Below, piece after piece: positions 43,072 through 51,382 of a stretch of 64,000 nucleotides of DNA. A program made the position numbers and the translations under genes. Numbering within the stretch: position 1 is the stretch's first letter; every line of letters starts with the position of its first letter. The notes beneath the pieces are model-generated. The model did not search any database. It saw nothing but the letters and a program-made list of their open reading frames with translations, and was not told the origin of the DNA. Source of the DNA: Chloroflexota bacterium (GTDB lineage: Bacteria > Chloroflexota > UBA6077 > FW602-bin22 > JACPRP01); NCBI GenBank assembly GCA_023480885.1, contig JAMCWX010000001.1:27669-91668 (forward strand). The letters run 5' to 3'.

Positions 43072-45741
43072 TTACCTGACATGAAACGTGGAGAGTTCTA
43101 GACTGCCATCTGGCAAAGCTTTAGCTCCGCTCATTGGGATTACGGCCCGGGTCGCGGCGTCGAGAATCCGCAGGCGCAAAACGTACTCGCCTGGAGCAAA
43201 GTCCTTCAGCGCCAACTTATGCTGGTCGCGCACTATTTCACCGTTCTCCCATTGGCTCGTCGGATAGCCCCCTTCGACGGGGCCGATGGTCCGCTCCAGC
43301 ACTATCTTGCCTCCCTGGTTGAGCACGTCAATGGAGACAAGATAGTTCTTTTCAGGTCTGCTTTCCGCCTGCCAGTAGAAGGTCAATAGAGCATAGTCTG
43401 CGCTGGTGAAATCTGTATCCGTCGGCGCTTGCCCAAGCCTGTGGAAATCGAAGCCCAGGAGACGGAGGTTGCCTCCAAAGACCGCCGCGGAAGGATGTCG
43501 AAAAGCCAGCCCTGCAAGGCGAGCAGCCGACGTCGGTCTGGAAACGCCGATTTCGCCAAACAAAGCGCGATCGGCGATCGCACTTCCGGTCTTATCGATC
43601 ACAGGCAGGCGCTGCCCGGTCGACGGTTGATACAGACCGACTTCGATCTGATACTTGCCTGGCGGCGTACCCGGCCAGACCGCCACGCCGTGGCGATCCT
43701 CCACAGTCTCGCCAACACGCCAGCTATTGGTGATCTTGTTGCCACCTCCTGGCTCGCTGTCCCGTTGTCCCCAAAGGTAATCGTGCCCGTCGACGATGTG
43801 GACGAACACCGTATACCGCTCGTCGATAGGCTCGATAGCCTGCCAGTCCAACGTGACTTCGACAACGTCACCCGGTCTGGTCATCGTCGAGCCAACGCGA
43901 GCCCCAGTTAGCCTTATCTTGTTGCCAAAATTGACGTCAGGCTCAAATGACTGTCCTCGCGCCGCGTTCTGCGCAGTCGAGTACAGTGCGAGACGGATGC
44001 CACCGAACCAGACGTTGCTGGCTTTGAAGCTGTTCTCGTCGAGCCACCGCTCGATGAACCCATCGGGGTCGCTCTCGTTTTGCGCCCATAGCACGAGCCA
44101 CACCCGTTTGTTAAGGCCGGTTATGTCTTTCAAAGCCTTTTCGGTATTCTGCTTATTGATGGGACGCTCTCCTGGCAGAGGGAAAACAGGCTCCTTGTCC
44201 TTGAAATAGTAGCCGAAGATTTCCACCTGCCCTGGTGCGTTCAAGATGACTGCATCACCAGGTTCGGAGTTGGCCTCGATAAACCGCGCAACGCCGCGAT
44301 AATCGTCCCTCGCGTATTTAGGATCGAAGTAATACGCGGCGGTCGATTTGCCTGTCGAAAACACCGTGCCGACCAACATGACGCCGATCACCAGGCCACC
44401 GACGGCGATGGGCAATACCACAGGCAGCGGCCGCCCTATCCGTCGCACCGCCGAGGCGGCAAATTGACCAACCCCTACCAACCCTGCCGCCAGGAGAACA
44501 TAGTACCCAGGCGTCGCCAGCAACAGGAACTTTGGATTGTACATCGGCTTCCGGAGCGATAATAAGTACATTATGGCGACTGGAACCAGGAAATACAAGA
44601 TGGCGAAGGCCATCCCGCCAACCTTTCTCCGTGTTCTCAACACCAGTGGCAGCGCTATCGCCACGGCTATGAGGAGAAGGAAAAATCCCTCCTTCCTTGG
44701 AGTAGCCGCCGCGTCCCACGAGAGCCCGAACGTGAAGACGAGGAAGACCTTACGCAGCAGCGTGGGGAAGTCGAACTGCGCGCTTATGCCCGGCCATCCA
44801 CCGATTTGCCCGAACGAAATAACCAGCCAGGGAACGAAAGTGGCAACTATCATGATCTGTACCCCAACCCATTTGGCAAGCTGCTTGATAGCCAGACCAC
44901 GTCCTCCCACCAGCAATAAAAGGGCACTGATCCCCACCCACAGATTCTGAAGCACCAGTATAGCGAACGCGAAATAGTGACTGTAGAGCAACGCGGCCGA
45001 AGCCACAATATATGCTGCCCACAATCCAGCCCCGCCCCCGCTGCTTCTGCCGCACTCGTCGATAACCTTGTGAAGGTACGGGCGAACACAAGGTTCGCCC
45101 TGAGGGGTCCAGTGAGCCCCACCATATCCATCGCGGAGCCCACCGTAGGGGCGAACCTTGTGTTCGCCCTGAGGTCTGGCTGGGCCAACCTCGACGCGAG
45201 CCGTTGAAGGGCCAAACTCAGGTTGCACGCGCAGAAATAAATAGGTGGACAGGCCGCCAAAAAAAGCAACCTGCATATACATCCTGGTTTCTTGCGAGTA
45301 ATAAATGAGCAAAGTGGAGATCGCAGTGAAGAACGCCGCTGTGAGCCCTATCCTGTCACCTAGCAACCTCTGACCGATCTTGAACACTGTGGCTACCAGC
45401 GCAACGCCGAACGTCAACGACAGCCAGCGGACCGCAAACTCGCTCGTGCCGAAAACCGCTGTCCAGAAATGCAGCAGATAATAGTACAGCGGAGGATGAA
45501 TGTCGGCTGCCGCATCGACGGCAATGGTGAGAAGGTCTCTGGGAGCCATTGCCACGCTCACACCCTCGTCGTACCACAGACTCTGGCCGTCGATGCGATA
45601 CGCGCGCAAAGCAAATGCGATCAGCAGAATGGTGAGTATGCCAAGCCAGGTCCAGACAGACCGCGTTCTGGCCGAAGGATCTTCGGCAATAACATTTGCT
45701 GTGGTCATTCGTCTTGATGTGCCCTCGGCTTCGCCCTTCAT
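43072..45741 (-). CDS. GT-C fold glycosyltransferase (PMT_2/ArnT, GT39-like) with a large extracytoplasmic C-terminal domain
   Basis: The first loop, RIDGQSLWYDEGVSVAMA...DIHPPLYYYLLHFW, is typical of PMT_2. There are about 12 TM helices, then ~330 aa containing two copies of a ~110-aa module. Two REP hairpins are carried in frame. Confidence 0.8.
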   Translation of the reverse strand: MKGEAEGTSRRMTTANVIAEDPSARTRSVWTWLGILTILLIAFALRAYRIDGQSLWYDEGVSVAMAPRDLLTIAVDAAADIHPPLYYYLLHFWTAVFGTSEFAVRWLSLTFGVALVATVFKIGQRLLGDRIGLTAAFFTAISTLLIYYSQETRMYMQVAFFGGLSTYLFLRVQPEFGPSTARVEVGPARPQGEHKVRPYGGLRDGYGGAHWTPQGEPCVRPYLHKVIDECGRSSGGGAGLWAAYIVASAALLYSHYFAFAILVLQNLWVGISALLLLVGGRGLAIKQLAKWVGVQIMIVATFVPWLVISFGQIGGWPGISAQFDFPTLLRKVFLVFTFGLSWDAAATPRKEGFFLLLIAVAIALPLVLRTRRKVGGMAFAILYFLVPVAIMYLLSLRKPMYNPKFLLLATPGYYVLLAAGLVGVGQFAASAVRRIGRPLPVVLPIAVGGLVIGVMLVGTVFSTGKSTAAYYFDPKYARDDYRGVARFIEANSEPGDAVILNAPGQVEIFGYYFKDKEPVFPLPGERPINKQNTEKALKDITGLNKRVWLVLWAQNESDPDGFIERWLDENSFKASNVWFGGIRLALYSTAQNAARGQSFEPDVNFGNKIRLTGARVGSTMTRPGDVVEVTLDWQAIEPIDERYTVFVHIVDGHDYLWGQRDSEPGGGNKITNSWRVGETVEDRHGVAVWPGTPPGKYQIEVGLYQPSTGQRLPVIDKTGSAIADRALFGEIGVSRPTSAARLAGLAFRHPSAAVFGGNLRLLGFDFHRLGQAPTDTDFTSADYALLTFYWQAESRPEKNYLVSIDVLNQGGKIVLERTIGPVEGGYPTSQWENGEIVRDQHKLALKDFAPGEYVLRLRILDAATRAVIPMSGAKALPDGSLELSTFHVR
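45076..45105. repeat. REP-like hairpin, family A, inside the GT-C coding sequence (loop inverted)
   Basis: GTACGGGCGAAC-acaag-GTTCGCCCTGAGG, translated on the minus strand as ...PQGEPCVRPY.... Confidence 0.65.
45145..45174. repeat. REP-like hairpin, family A, inside the GT-C coding sequence
   Basis: GTAGGGGCGAAC-cttgt-GTTCGCCCTGAGG, translated on the minus strand as ...PQGEHKVRPY.... Confidence 0.65.
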
Positions 45742-45745
45742 GCTC

Positions 45746-47557
45746 CTAAGACCTCAGTACGGCTAAGCGCGCGCCTGCCACGCGTGCTGCCAGCAATCCC
45801 ACCAGGATGCCAGCTATCGAAGACCCCAGTAAGAAGACCAGGACACCTCGATTGGCTGGCTTGCCATCCACAATAAAGGCGTCGAAATACCACCGCGTAT
45901 CTGCGGTCGGCTCTCGCTGTGGCACAGTCACGATATCGACTGTGTGCCGACCATAGGCCAGGCCAGACGCAACTGGCACGATCTGCTGCCAGGCTTCCAC
46001 CTCAGAGCGCAGGTCCACATAAGCCTTGCCGTTTGAATTTTTGGGCAACAAGTTGGGGGGTACTCCGTCCACAACGATCCGCAATCTCCCTCCCTGCGGA
46101 CTCCTGGGCACCACCAGGCTCAGCTTGTCGCCCATGAAAGTGAACTTGACCTCGTCGCCAGCCGTCTCCGTGGCCCTGTAACTGCCAAGAGAGGCGTTCA
46201 TATCCTGGACAGTACGCCAGTTTCCTTTGTAATCGAGCGCCCAGTGATCCTCCTGATGGTAGCCTCGGTAAACAAGGCGCTCGGATTTCGTGAACTGTTT
46301 CATAGCGTTGTACACAGGGTTGGGCGTGAAATCCTGGTCGACAAGGCTAAAGTAGTACATCTGCTCGTTTTGATTCACAGGATGGACCCTGCGGAAATGC
46401 CACAGGTTGACTACTCCCATCCACGGCCACTCTTCGAGGATGCGCTGGTAACCCTTTACAGTATAACGTGCCTGCTGCTCCGGGGTTACCCGACCGAACA
46501 TTGGCTCTTGAGGATAGTCGAGGGGCAACGCATTCCATCCCATCTCCGAGCCCCACATCGGCTTACTGGCGTCGCCATTGCGAACCATCACCTCGCGAAT
46601 CAGGATTGGACGCGAGAAATTGACGTCCTTGTCCTCATCCAGGCGCCTGTCATACGGTCCTGATCTCAACCCATAGGGATTGGCGCTCATTATGTCAAAA
46701 TAGTTCTTCGCTCCTGCATCGTACATCTTCTGGAGAAAGACCACGTCGTTCATCGCCCTATCGCTGTCCTCGATAGTCGGGGCTAGAGCCGCCGCCAGTA
46801 TGACCACGTTGGGATCGGCTTGCTTGGCCCTGATGTAAGCAGTTTTCAGCAGGCGCACGTAGTCTACGGGATTTACTCGCTGGTTGCCCCATTCGAAAGC
46901 CGTATTCGGCTCGTTCCAGATCTGATAATATTTCACGCGCCCCCTGTATCGGCGCACGATGTTGTAGACGAAATCACCGTAATCGTCGTAGTTGGCAGGG
47001 GGCGTCTCTATTTTGGTTGTTCCTCTTATGGCCCAGGCTGGAGAGGTGTCCAGCCGCGCGATGACTTGCAGCCCGTACTCGTTAGCCAGATTCACTATCC
47101 TATCGTACTTGGCCCACGTGTCCGCAACGCCGTTCTTCTCGTCGACGTACTTGCCCTTTGACGGTATCTCGATCTCAGACCAGAGCACTTGCTGCTTGAT
47201 CCAGCCGAAGCCAGCATCCTTCACCATTTGCAGCGTTCTACGTATCTGGCTCTCCTCCACCTCTTGCTCGAGAAAAACGTTCACGCCGAACGGATTGAGG
47301 CCCGTATTAGGCATCGCCGTCATATCGGCCGTGTCGGGCACGCGAACCGTGGCGCTGCTATAGGCGGCGACGAGGTCATCTCTCATGTCTTCGCCGATGA
47401 TCTGCACCACTGCGTCTTTCGCGAAGTCGCGAAAGATGACGAGTCCAGCCAGGACGGCAATCAAGACTAGCGCAGCCCCTAGCGCACGCTTCGACGGCAA
47501 GGACTTCACACTACTTCCCTGTACAGTTCCTCTAGCTTTGGCACGATCTTGCGCCAA
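45746..47557 (-). CDS. Membrane-anchored clan GH-A glycoside hydrolase (GH5/GH39-like, PslG-like role)
   Basis: N-terminal TM, FGVNVFLEQE...MVKDAGFGWIKQQVLWSEIE, YYQIWNEPN (acid/base NEP), a C-terminal beta-rich domain and a terminal TM. An alternative GTG start at 47509 overlaps the upstream stop (GTGA). Confidence 0.75.
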   Translation of the reverse strand: MAQDRAKARGTVQGSSVKSLPSKRALGAALVLIAVLAGLVIFRDFAKDAVVQIIGEDMRDDLVAAYSSATVRVPDTADMTAMPNTGLNPFGVNVFLEQEVEESQIRRTLQMVKDAGFGWIKQQVLWSEIEIPSKGKYVDEKNGVADTWAKYDRIVNLANEYGLQVIARLDTSPAWAIRGTTKIETPPANYDDYGDFVYNIVRRYRGRVKYYQIWNEPNTAFEWGNQRVNPVDYVRLLKTAYIRAKQADPNVVILAAALAPTIEDSDRAMNDVVFLQKMYDAGAKNYFDIMSANPYGLRSGPYDRRLDEDKDVNFSRPILIREVMVRNGDASKPMWGSEMGWNALPLDYPQEPMFGRVTPEQQARYTVKGYQRILEEWPWMGVVNLWHFRRVHPVNQNEQMYYFSLVDQDFTPNPVYNAMKQFTKSERLVYRGYHQEDHWALDYKGNWRTVQDMNASLGSYRATETAGDEVKFTFMGDKLSLVVPRSPQGGRLRIVVDGVPPNLLPKNSNGKAYVDLRSEVEAWQQIVPVASGLAYGRHTVDIVTVPQREPTADTRWYFDAFIVDGKPANRGVLVFLLGSSIAGILVGLLAARVAGARLAVLRS

Positions 47558-48726
47558 TCGTATTTCCTTTCCACAAGTGCTCTGGCGTTCCTCGCCAGAC
47601 GCTGGGCCTGCTGCTTGTCATTGAGCAGAACCGTCACCTGGCGCGCAAACGAAGCAGGATCTTCGGCGATGAGCAGATGTTCGCCGTGGTTGACTTCGAT
47701 TCCTTCTGCGCCCATCGGGGTAGAGACCACCGGAATCCCCATCGCCATTGCCTCGACGACCTTGAAACGAACTCCACCTCCAAAGCGCATTGGCACGACA
47801 TAGACCGAGGCGCGATGAACATACGGTCGCACATCTTCGACAAATCCGGTCACGATAACGTTTGAATATCTCGTCAGGCGTTCGACGCTGCTCTTCGGGT
47901 CTCTGCCGACGACGTATAGTTTGACGTCCCCAACCTCACGCCCGATAAGCGGCAGAATTTCCTCGCAAAGCCAGATCACCGCGTCGACGTTCGGTCGGAA
48001 ATCCATAGTCCCACAAAACACCAGCGCGGGAGCCTTGTTTTCCTCGGGCACCTCGGTGGGCCTGAAATACTCCACGTCAACACCATTGGGAACGATTGCC
48101 GTGGCTGGCAGTCGGGTGATTGCCCTCAGCGCCATTCGATCTTCCTCCGAAACGGTCACGACGGCGTTCATTTTTTGGCAGGTAGCCGCCTCAAAACGCG
48201 CCAGCTTCTGCCACTGAACCAACGAATAAGCGGCGCCTACCCACTTCGCCGGCTTCAGACGGTCGATCTCAAAGGCGCGCCGCTGAAGCACATACTCGGC
48301 GTTGTGTTCGTCCAAGACGACGGACCTGACCGCGTCCTTTGCGTTCCATCCCCTAGAAGCAAGCTCCCAATGCCAGGCCATTTCCAATCCTTCGATTTGA
48401 AGAATATCGAACCTGTTGCTTTGCAGGGTCTCTCTCAACTTTGCCACAAACTCGCTGGACGCCAGTCGTACAGCCAGATCAGGCACAGGATCTACAATAA
48501 GATCGCGTATGCGCACAGACACATTCCGACGGGGCATCTGAGCTACCTGCACGGACTGGCAAAGCTCGCCAAGAACCTTGATACCACCAGCGTCTTTCTC
48601 GGTCCCGAAGGATAGCAAATGAACCGCGTGATGCCGGGCGAGATTCTCGATTATCTTGAAGTTTCGCGTGGTGGTGCCCTTCTGTGGTGGATAGGGGATC
48701 TGCGGCGTGATAAAAAGCATCTTCAT
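47506..48726 (-). CDS. Glycosyltransferase, GT4
   Basis: MKMLFITPQIPYPPQKGTTTRNFKIIENL N-terminus and GGVRFKVVEAMAMGIPVVSTPMGAEGI signature. Confidence 0.85.
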   Translation of the reverse strand: MKMLFITPQIPYPPQKGTTTRNFKIIENLARHHAVHLLSFGTEKDAGGIKVLGELCQSVQVAQMPRRNVSVRIRDLIVDPVPDLAVRLASSEFVAKLRETLQSNRFDILQIEGLEMAWHWELASRGWNAKDAVRSVVLDEHNAEYVLQRRAFEIDRLKPAKWVGAAYSLVQWQKLARFEAATCQKMNAVVTVSEEDRMALRAITRLPATAIVPNGVDVEYFRPTEVPEENKAPALVFCGTMDFRPNVDAVIWLCEEILPLIGREVGDVKLYVVGRDPKSSVERLTRYSNVIVTGFVEDVRPYVHRASVYVVPMRFGGGVRFKVVEAMAMGIPVVSTPMGAEGIEVNHGEHLLIAEDPASFARQVTVLLNDKQQAQRLARNARALVERKYDWRKIVPKLEELYREVV

Positions 48727-49865
48727 TGCCGCGCTCCCTCCACCACGTGCTTGTAAAAAGCCAGCGTTTCCGTTGCCATCCTCTCCCAGCTAAACCCCCT
48801 CGCGCGCGCCAGACCTTTCTCACGCAGCGCGCCCCCAAGGTTTTCGTCACCAAGAACTCCGACTAAAGCCTCGGCCCACCCATCGATATCTAAAGGGTCG
48901 ACAAGGATAGCCGCGTCGGCCGCGACCTCGGGTATGGACGACGACCTGGAGGCGATGACGGGCGTGCCACAGGCCATCGCTTCAAGCACTGGCAGCCCAA
49001 ACCCTTCGTATAACGATGGCATCGCCAACAAGGAAGCCGCGTTGTAAAGCGCGGGCAGATCTTGCTGTGGCACTGCGCCCAGGAACATAACTTGCTCCTT
49101 TAATCCCAGTTGGCTCACCGCCGCAAAAACGTCTTCACAAAGCCAGCCTTCGCGTCCTGCTATCACTAACTTCATCAACGAACCGCGCTCAAGTGGGTTG
49201 CGCTCCAGCCCTCGTACCACTTTTTCAAAAGCATTGATAAGCGTTACCAGATTCTTCCTTGGCTCAATGGTGCCTACGAAGAGGACGAACTTGCGCGGCA
49301 GTTGATAGCGCTGGCGAACCTCCTCGATTGGCCGCTGGTCTTCGATAGGTTGGAAAGCGGGATCCGCGGCTTCAGGGATCACGCGTATTTTCGGCGCCGG
49401 CACCCCCAGTTGATCGATCAGGTCGTTCCTGGTGTGTGAAGATACGGCGATGATGCCGTCGGCGCTACCGACTGCCTGCGATATTTGCCCATAATACCCG
49501 TGGCTATCTTTCGTCAACAGATGCGGATACCTTAAGAAAGCCAGATCGTGCACCGTGATGACCGACTTGCAGCGCCGATGAAACGGAGGAATGAAATCCG
49601 GACTGTGCAGCAGGTTCAGCCGAAGCAGAGCAAGCTCGATTGGCAAGGAGAATTGTTCGAAACGGTTGTGGCTGGGCGTCCAGAGCTGCGCCACCTCGAA
49701 GCCTTTGCAGTTGACGACGCGCTTTTCGTCTTTACGGCTCTGCAGAACGACGAAGTCTTCGTCGCGCCGCATCGTCGCCAGTCCTCGAATGAGGCCCGTT
49801 ATGTAAGTTGCTATACCGGCCTGCTGATAGTAGAGCAGCCTTGCGTCGATGCCCACGCGCATCAA
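48723..49865 (-). CDS. Glycosyltransferase, GT4
   Basis: EGFGLPVLEAMACGTPVIASRSSSIPEV signature, with 4-nt overlaps on both sides. Confidence 0.85.
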   Translation of the reverse strand: MMRVGIDARLLYYQQAGIATYITGLIRGLATMRRDEDFVVLQSRKDEKRVVNCKGFEVAQLWTPSHNRFEQFSLPIELALLRLNLLHSPDFIPPFHRRCKSVITVHDLAFLRYPHLLTKDSHGYYGQISQAVGSADGIIAVSSHTRNDLIDQLGVPAPKIRVIPEAADPAFQPIEDQRPIEEVRQRYQLPRKFVLFVGTIEPRKNLVTLINAFEKVVRGLERNPLERGSLMKLVIAGREGWLCEDVFAAVSQLGLKEQVMFLGAVPQQDLPALYNAASLLAMPSLYEGFGLPVLEAMACGTPVIASRSSSIPEVAADAAILVDPLDIDGWAEALVGVLGDENLGGALREKGLARARGFSWERMATETLAFYKHVVEGARQ

Positions 49866-51301
49866 GACTGCTCCCTCGCCTCGTCGAGTTTCAAGCCAAC
49901 AGCCAGTAGTCCGGCAAGCATCCAGAACAGCGCGGCCACGTGCGGGAACCTGATGTCGAAGTAGTGATGATCGAAGATGCCCGCGAACAGCGCAGCGGCC
50001 AGAGCCGCGAGCAACCCGAGCAATGTTCCTTGCAACTCGACGTCGGCGATATGTTCAAGCCTCTTCAACGTGCTGATGAAAAGCGCCGACATCGTGGCCA
50101 GAAAGCCCGCCAGCCCGATCAGCCCCATTTGCTCGGCTATCAGGAGAAAAACGCTGGAAACGCCGACGTAAAGATCGGCCGACGGCGCGCTGCCGAAGCC
50201 AACTCCGAACCAGGGGTAGCGCGAGATAAGCTGGATCGCGTCCTTATATTCTCCCAGGCGCATCGCCGCCGCCTGGTCACGCGCGGCGAAGCCTGACAAC
50301 AAGTGGCTGACGAAGGGGATATCGGTCGGTACGAGCCCGAAATAGAACACTCCCACGCCTAAAGCGAAAAGAAACCAGAGCCTGCGGTTCTTTATCGTCG
50401 CTATGAAGAACATCGCCGCGATAAACCCCATCCAGGAGCCACGCGAAAGCGTCAGAAGAAGGCAGGCGAAGATCAGGCCAGACAGCGGTATCAGCCAGTT
50501 TCTGCTGATGACGGGCCGCGACGACAGCAACTGGCTGACCGCGAGCACCAGACACAACATCAGAAGAGCGCCGAAGACGTTTGGGTCTACCGAGGTGCCG
50601 ATAGCCCTCTCGGTTTCAGTGCCAGCTATGAACCGCAGCGCGTCGCCCCCCGATTGATAATAGCCCAAAGGCCGCAGCAACATTAGCCATCGAGTCGCCT
50701 CGCCTTTCGGAAGCGCGAAAAGGATGATGCCAATGACAGCGGCGACAGCGCCTCCAAAGATCAATCCAGCCACGATTTGCTGCAACTGCACCTTGGAGCG
50801 AACGCAGTTGAGCACTGTGAAGAACAACAAAACGCTATTTATTAGTTTCAGAAACAACCTCGTGGCTTCGGGAGACGTGGAGTAGCCGGTGCCGATGGTG
50901 TACGAGGTGATGGCCAGGCAGATGAAGAGAACGACTAGCCAGCCCCAGCTCACCGACTCCAGCTTTGTGCCTGGCCTGACGAGAAGACGCACCAGCCACA
51001 TAAGCAACAGGGCTGTTAGAATAGCGTCGATGAACGTCAACCTGACGCCGCCAATGGGCAGCGGAATGACCGCGTACGGCAGGAGCGTTGCCACGGTTAC
51101 GAATGCGAGCAAGCCCACTTGCATGTTGACCACCAGCGCCGTGGCGACTCCGAGGCCAGCGAGGCCAGCAACAACGTACAGCGGTGACGCGGCAGCAATG
51201 AGCAGCCCCACCATTGCCCCAATGGCAATGGCAAAGAAGACTACGCCAGCCTTGCCCAATTGTCCACTATTGGCTAAACCCGTATCGGTTGTTCTCTGCA
51301 C
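49862..51301 (-). CDS. O-antigen ligase / Wzy-like polymerase family membrane protein
   Basis: About 11 TM helices. The Wzy_C-like region LLLTLSRGSWMGFIAAMFFI is followed by a loop and more helices. GTG start. Confidence 0.8.
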   Translation of the reverse strand: MQRTTDTGLANSGQLGKAGVVFFAIAIGAMVGLLIAAASPLYVVAGLAGLGVATALVVNMQVGLLAFVTVATLLPYAVIPLPIGGVRLTFIDAILTALLLMWLVRLLVRPGTKLESVSWGWLVVLFICLAITSYTIGTGYSTSPEATRLFLKLINSVLLFFTVLNCVRSKVQLQQIVAGLIFGGAVAAVIGIILFALPKGEATRWLMLLRPLGYYQSGGDALRFIAGTETERAIGTSVDPNVFGALLMLCLVLAVSQLLSSRPVISRNWLIPLSGLIFACLLLTLSRGSWMGFIAAMFFIATIKNRRLWFLFALGVGVFYFGLVPTDIPFVSHLLSGFAARDQAAAMRLGEYKDAIQLISRYPWFGVGFGSAPSADLYVGVSSVFLLIAEQMGLIGLAGFLATMSALFISTLKRLEHIADVELQGTLLGLLAALAAALFAGIFDHHYFDIRFPHVAALFWMLAGLLAVGLKLDEAREQS

Positions 51302-51359
51302 AAGAATACCCAGCTAATCTACAGTAATCTTCACTTGCTGCACTTCACGACGTTTGCTC

Positions 51360-51368
51360 ATTATAGCA
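51360..51368 (-). promoter_or_regulatory. Extended -10 element (TGcTATAAT) in the only sizeable gap of cluster 2
   Basis: The minus strand reads TGCTATAAT at 51368-51360, inside the 81-nt gap between the GT-C gene stop (51383) and the Wzy-like start (51301). Confidence 0.3.
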
Positions 51369-51382
51369 TAAAGGCCTGCTGC

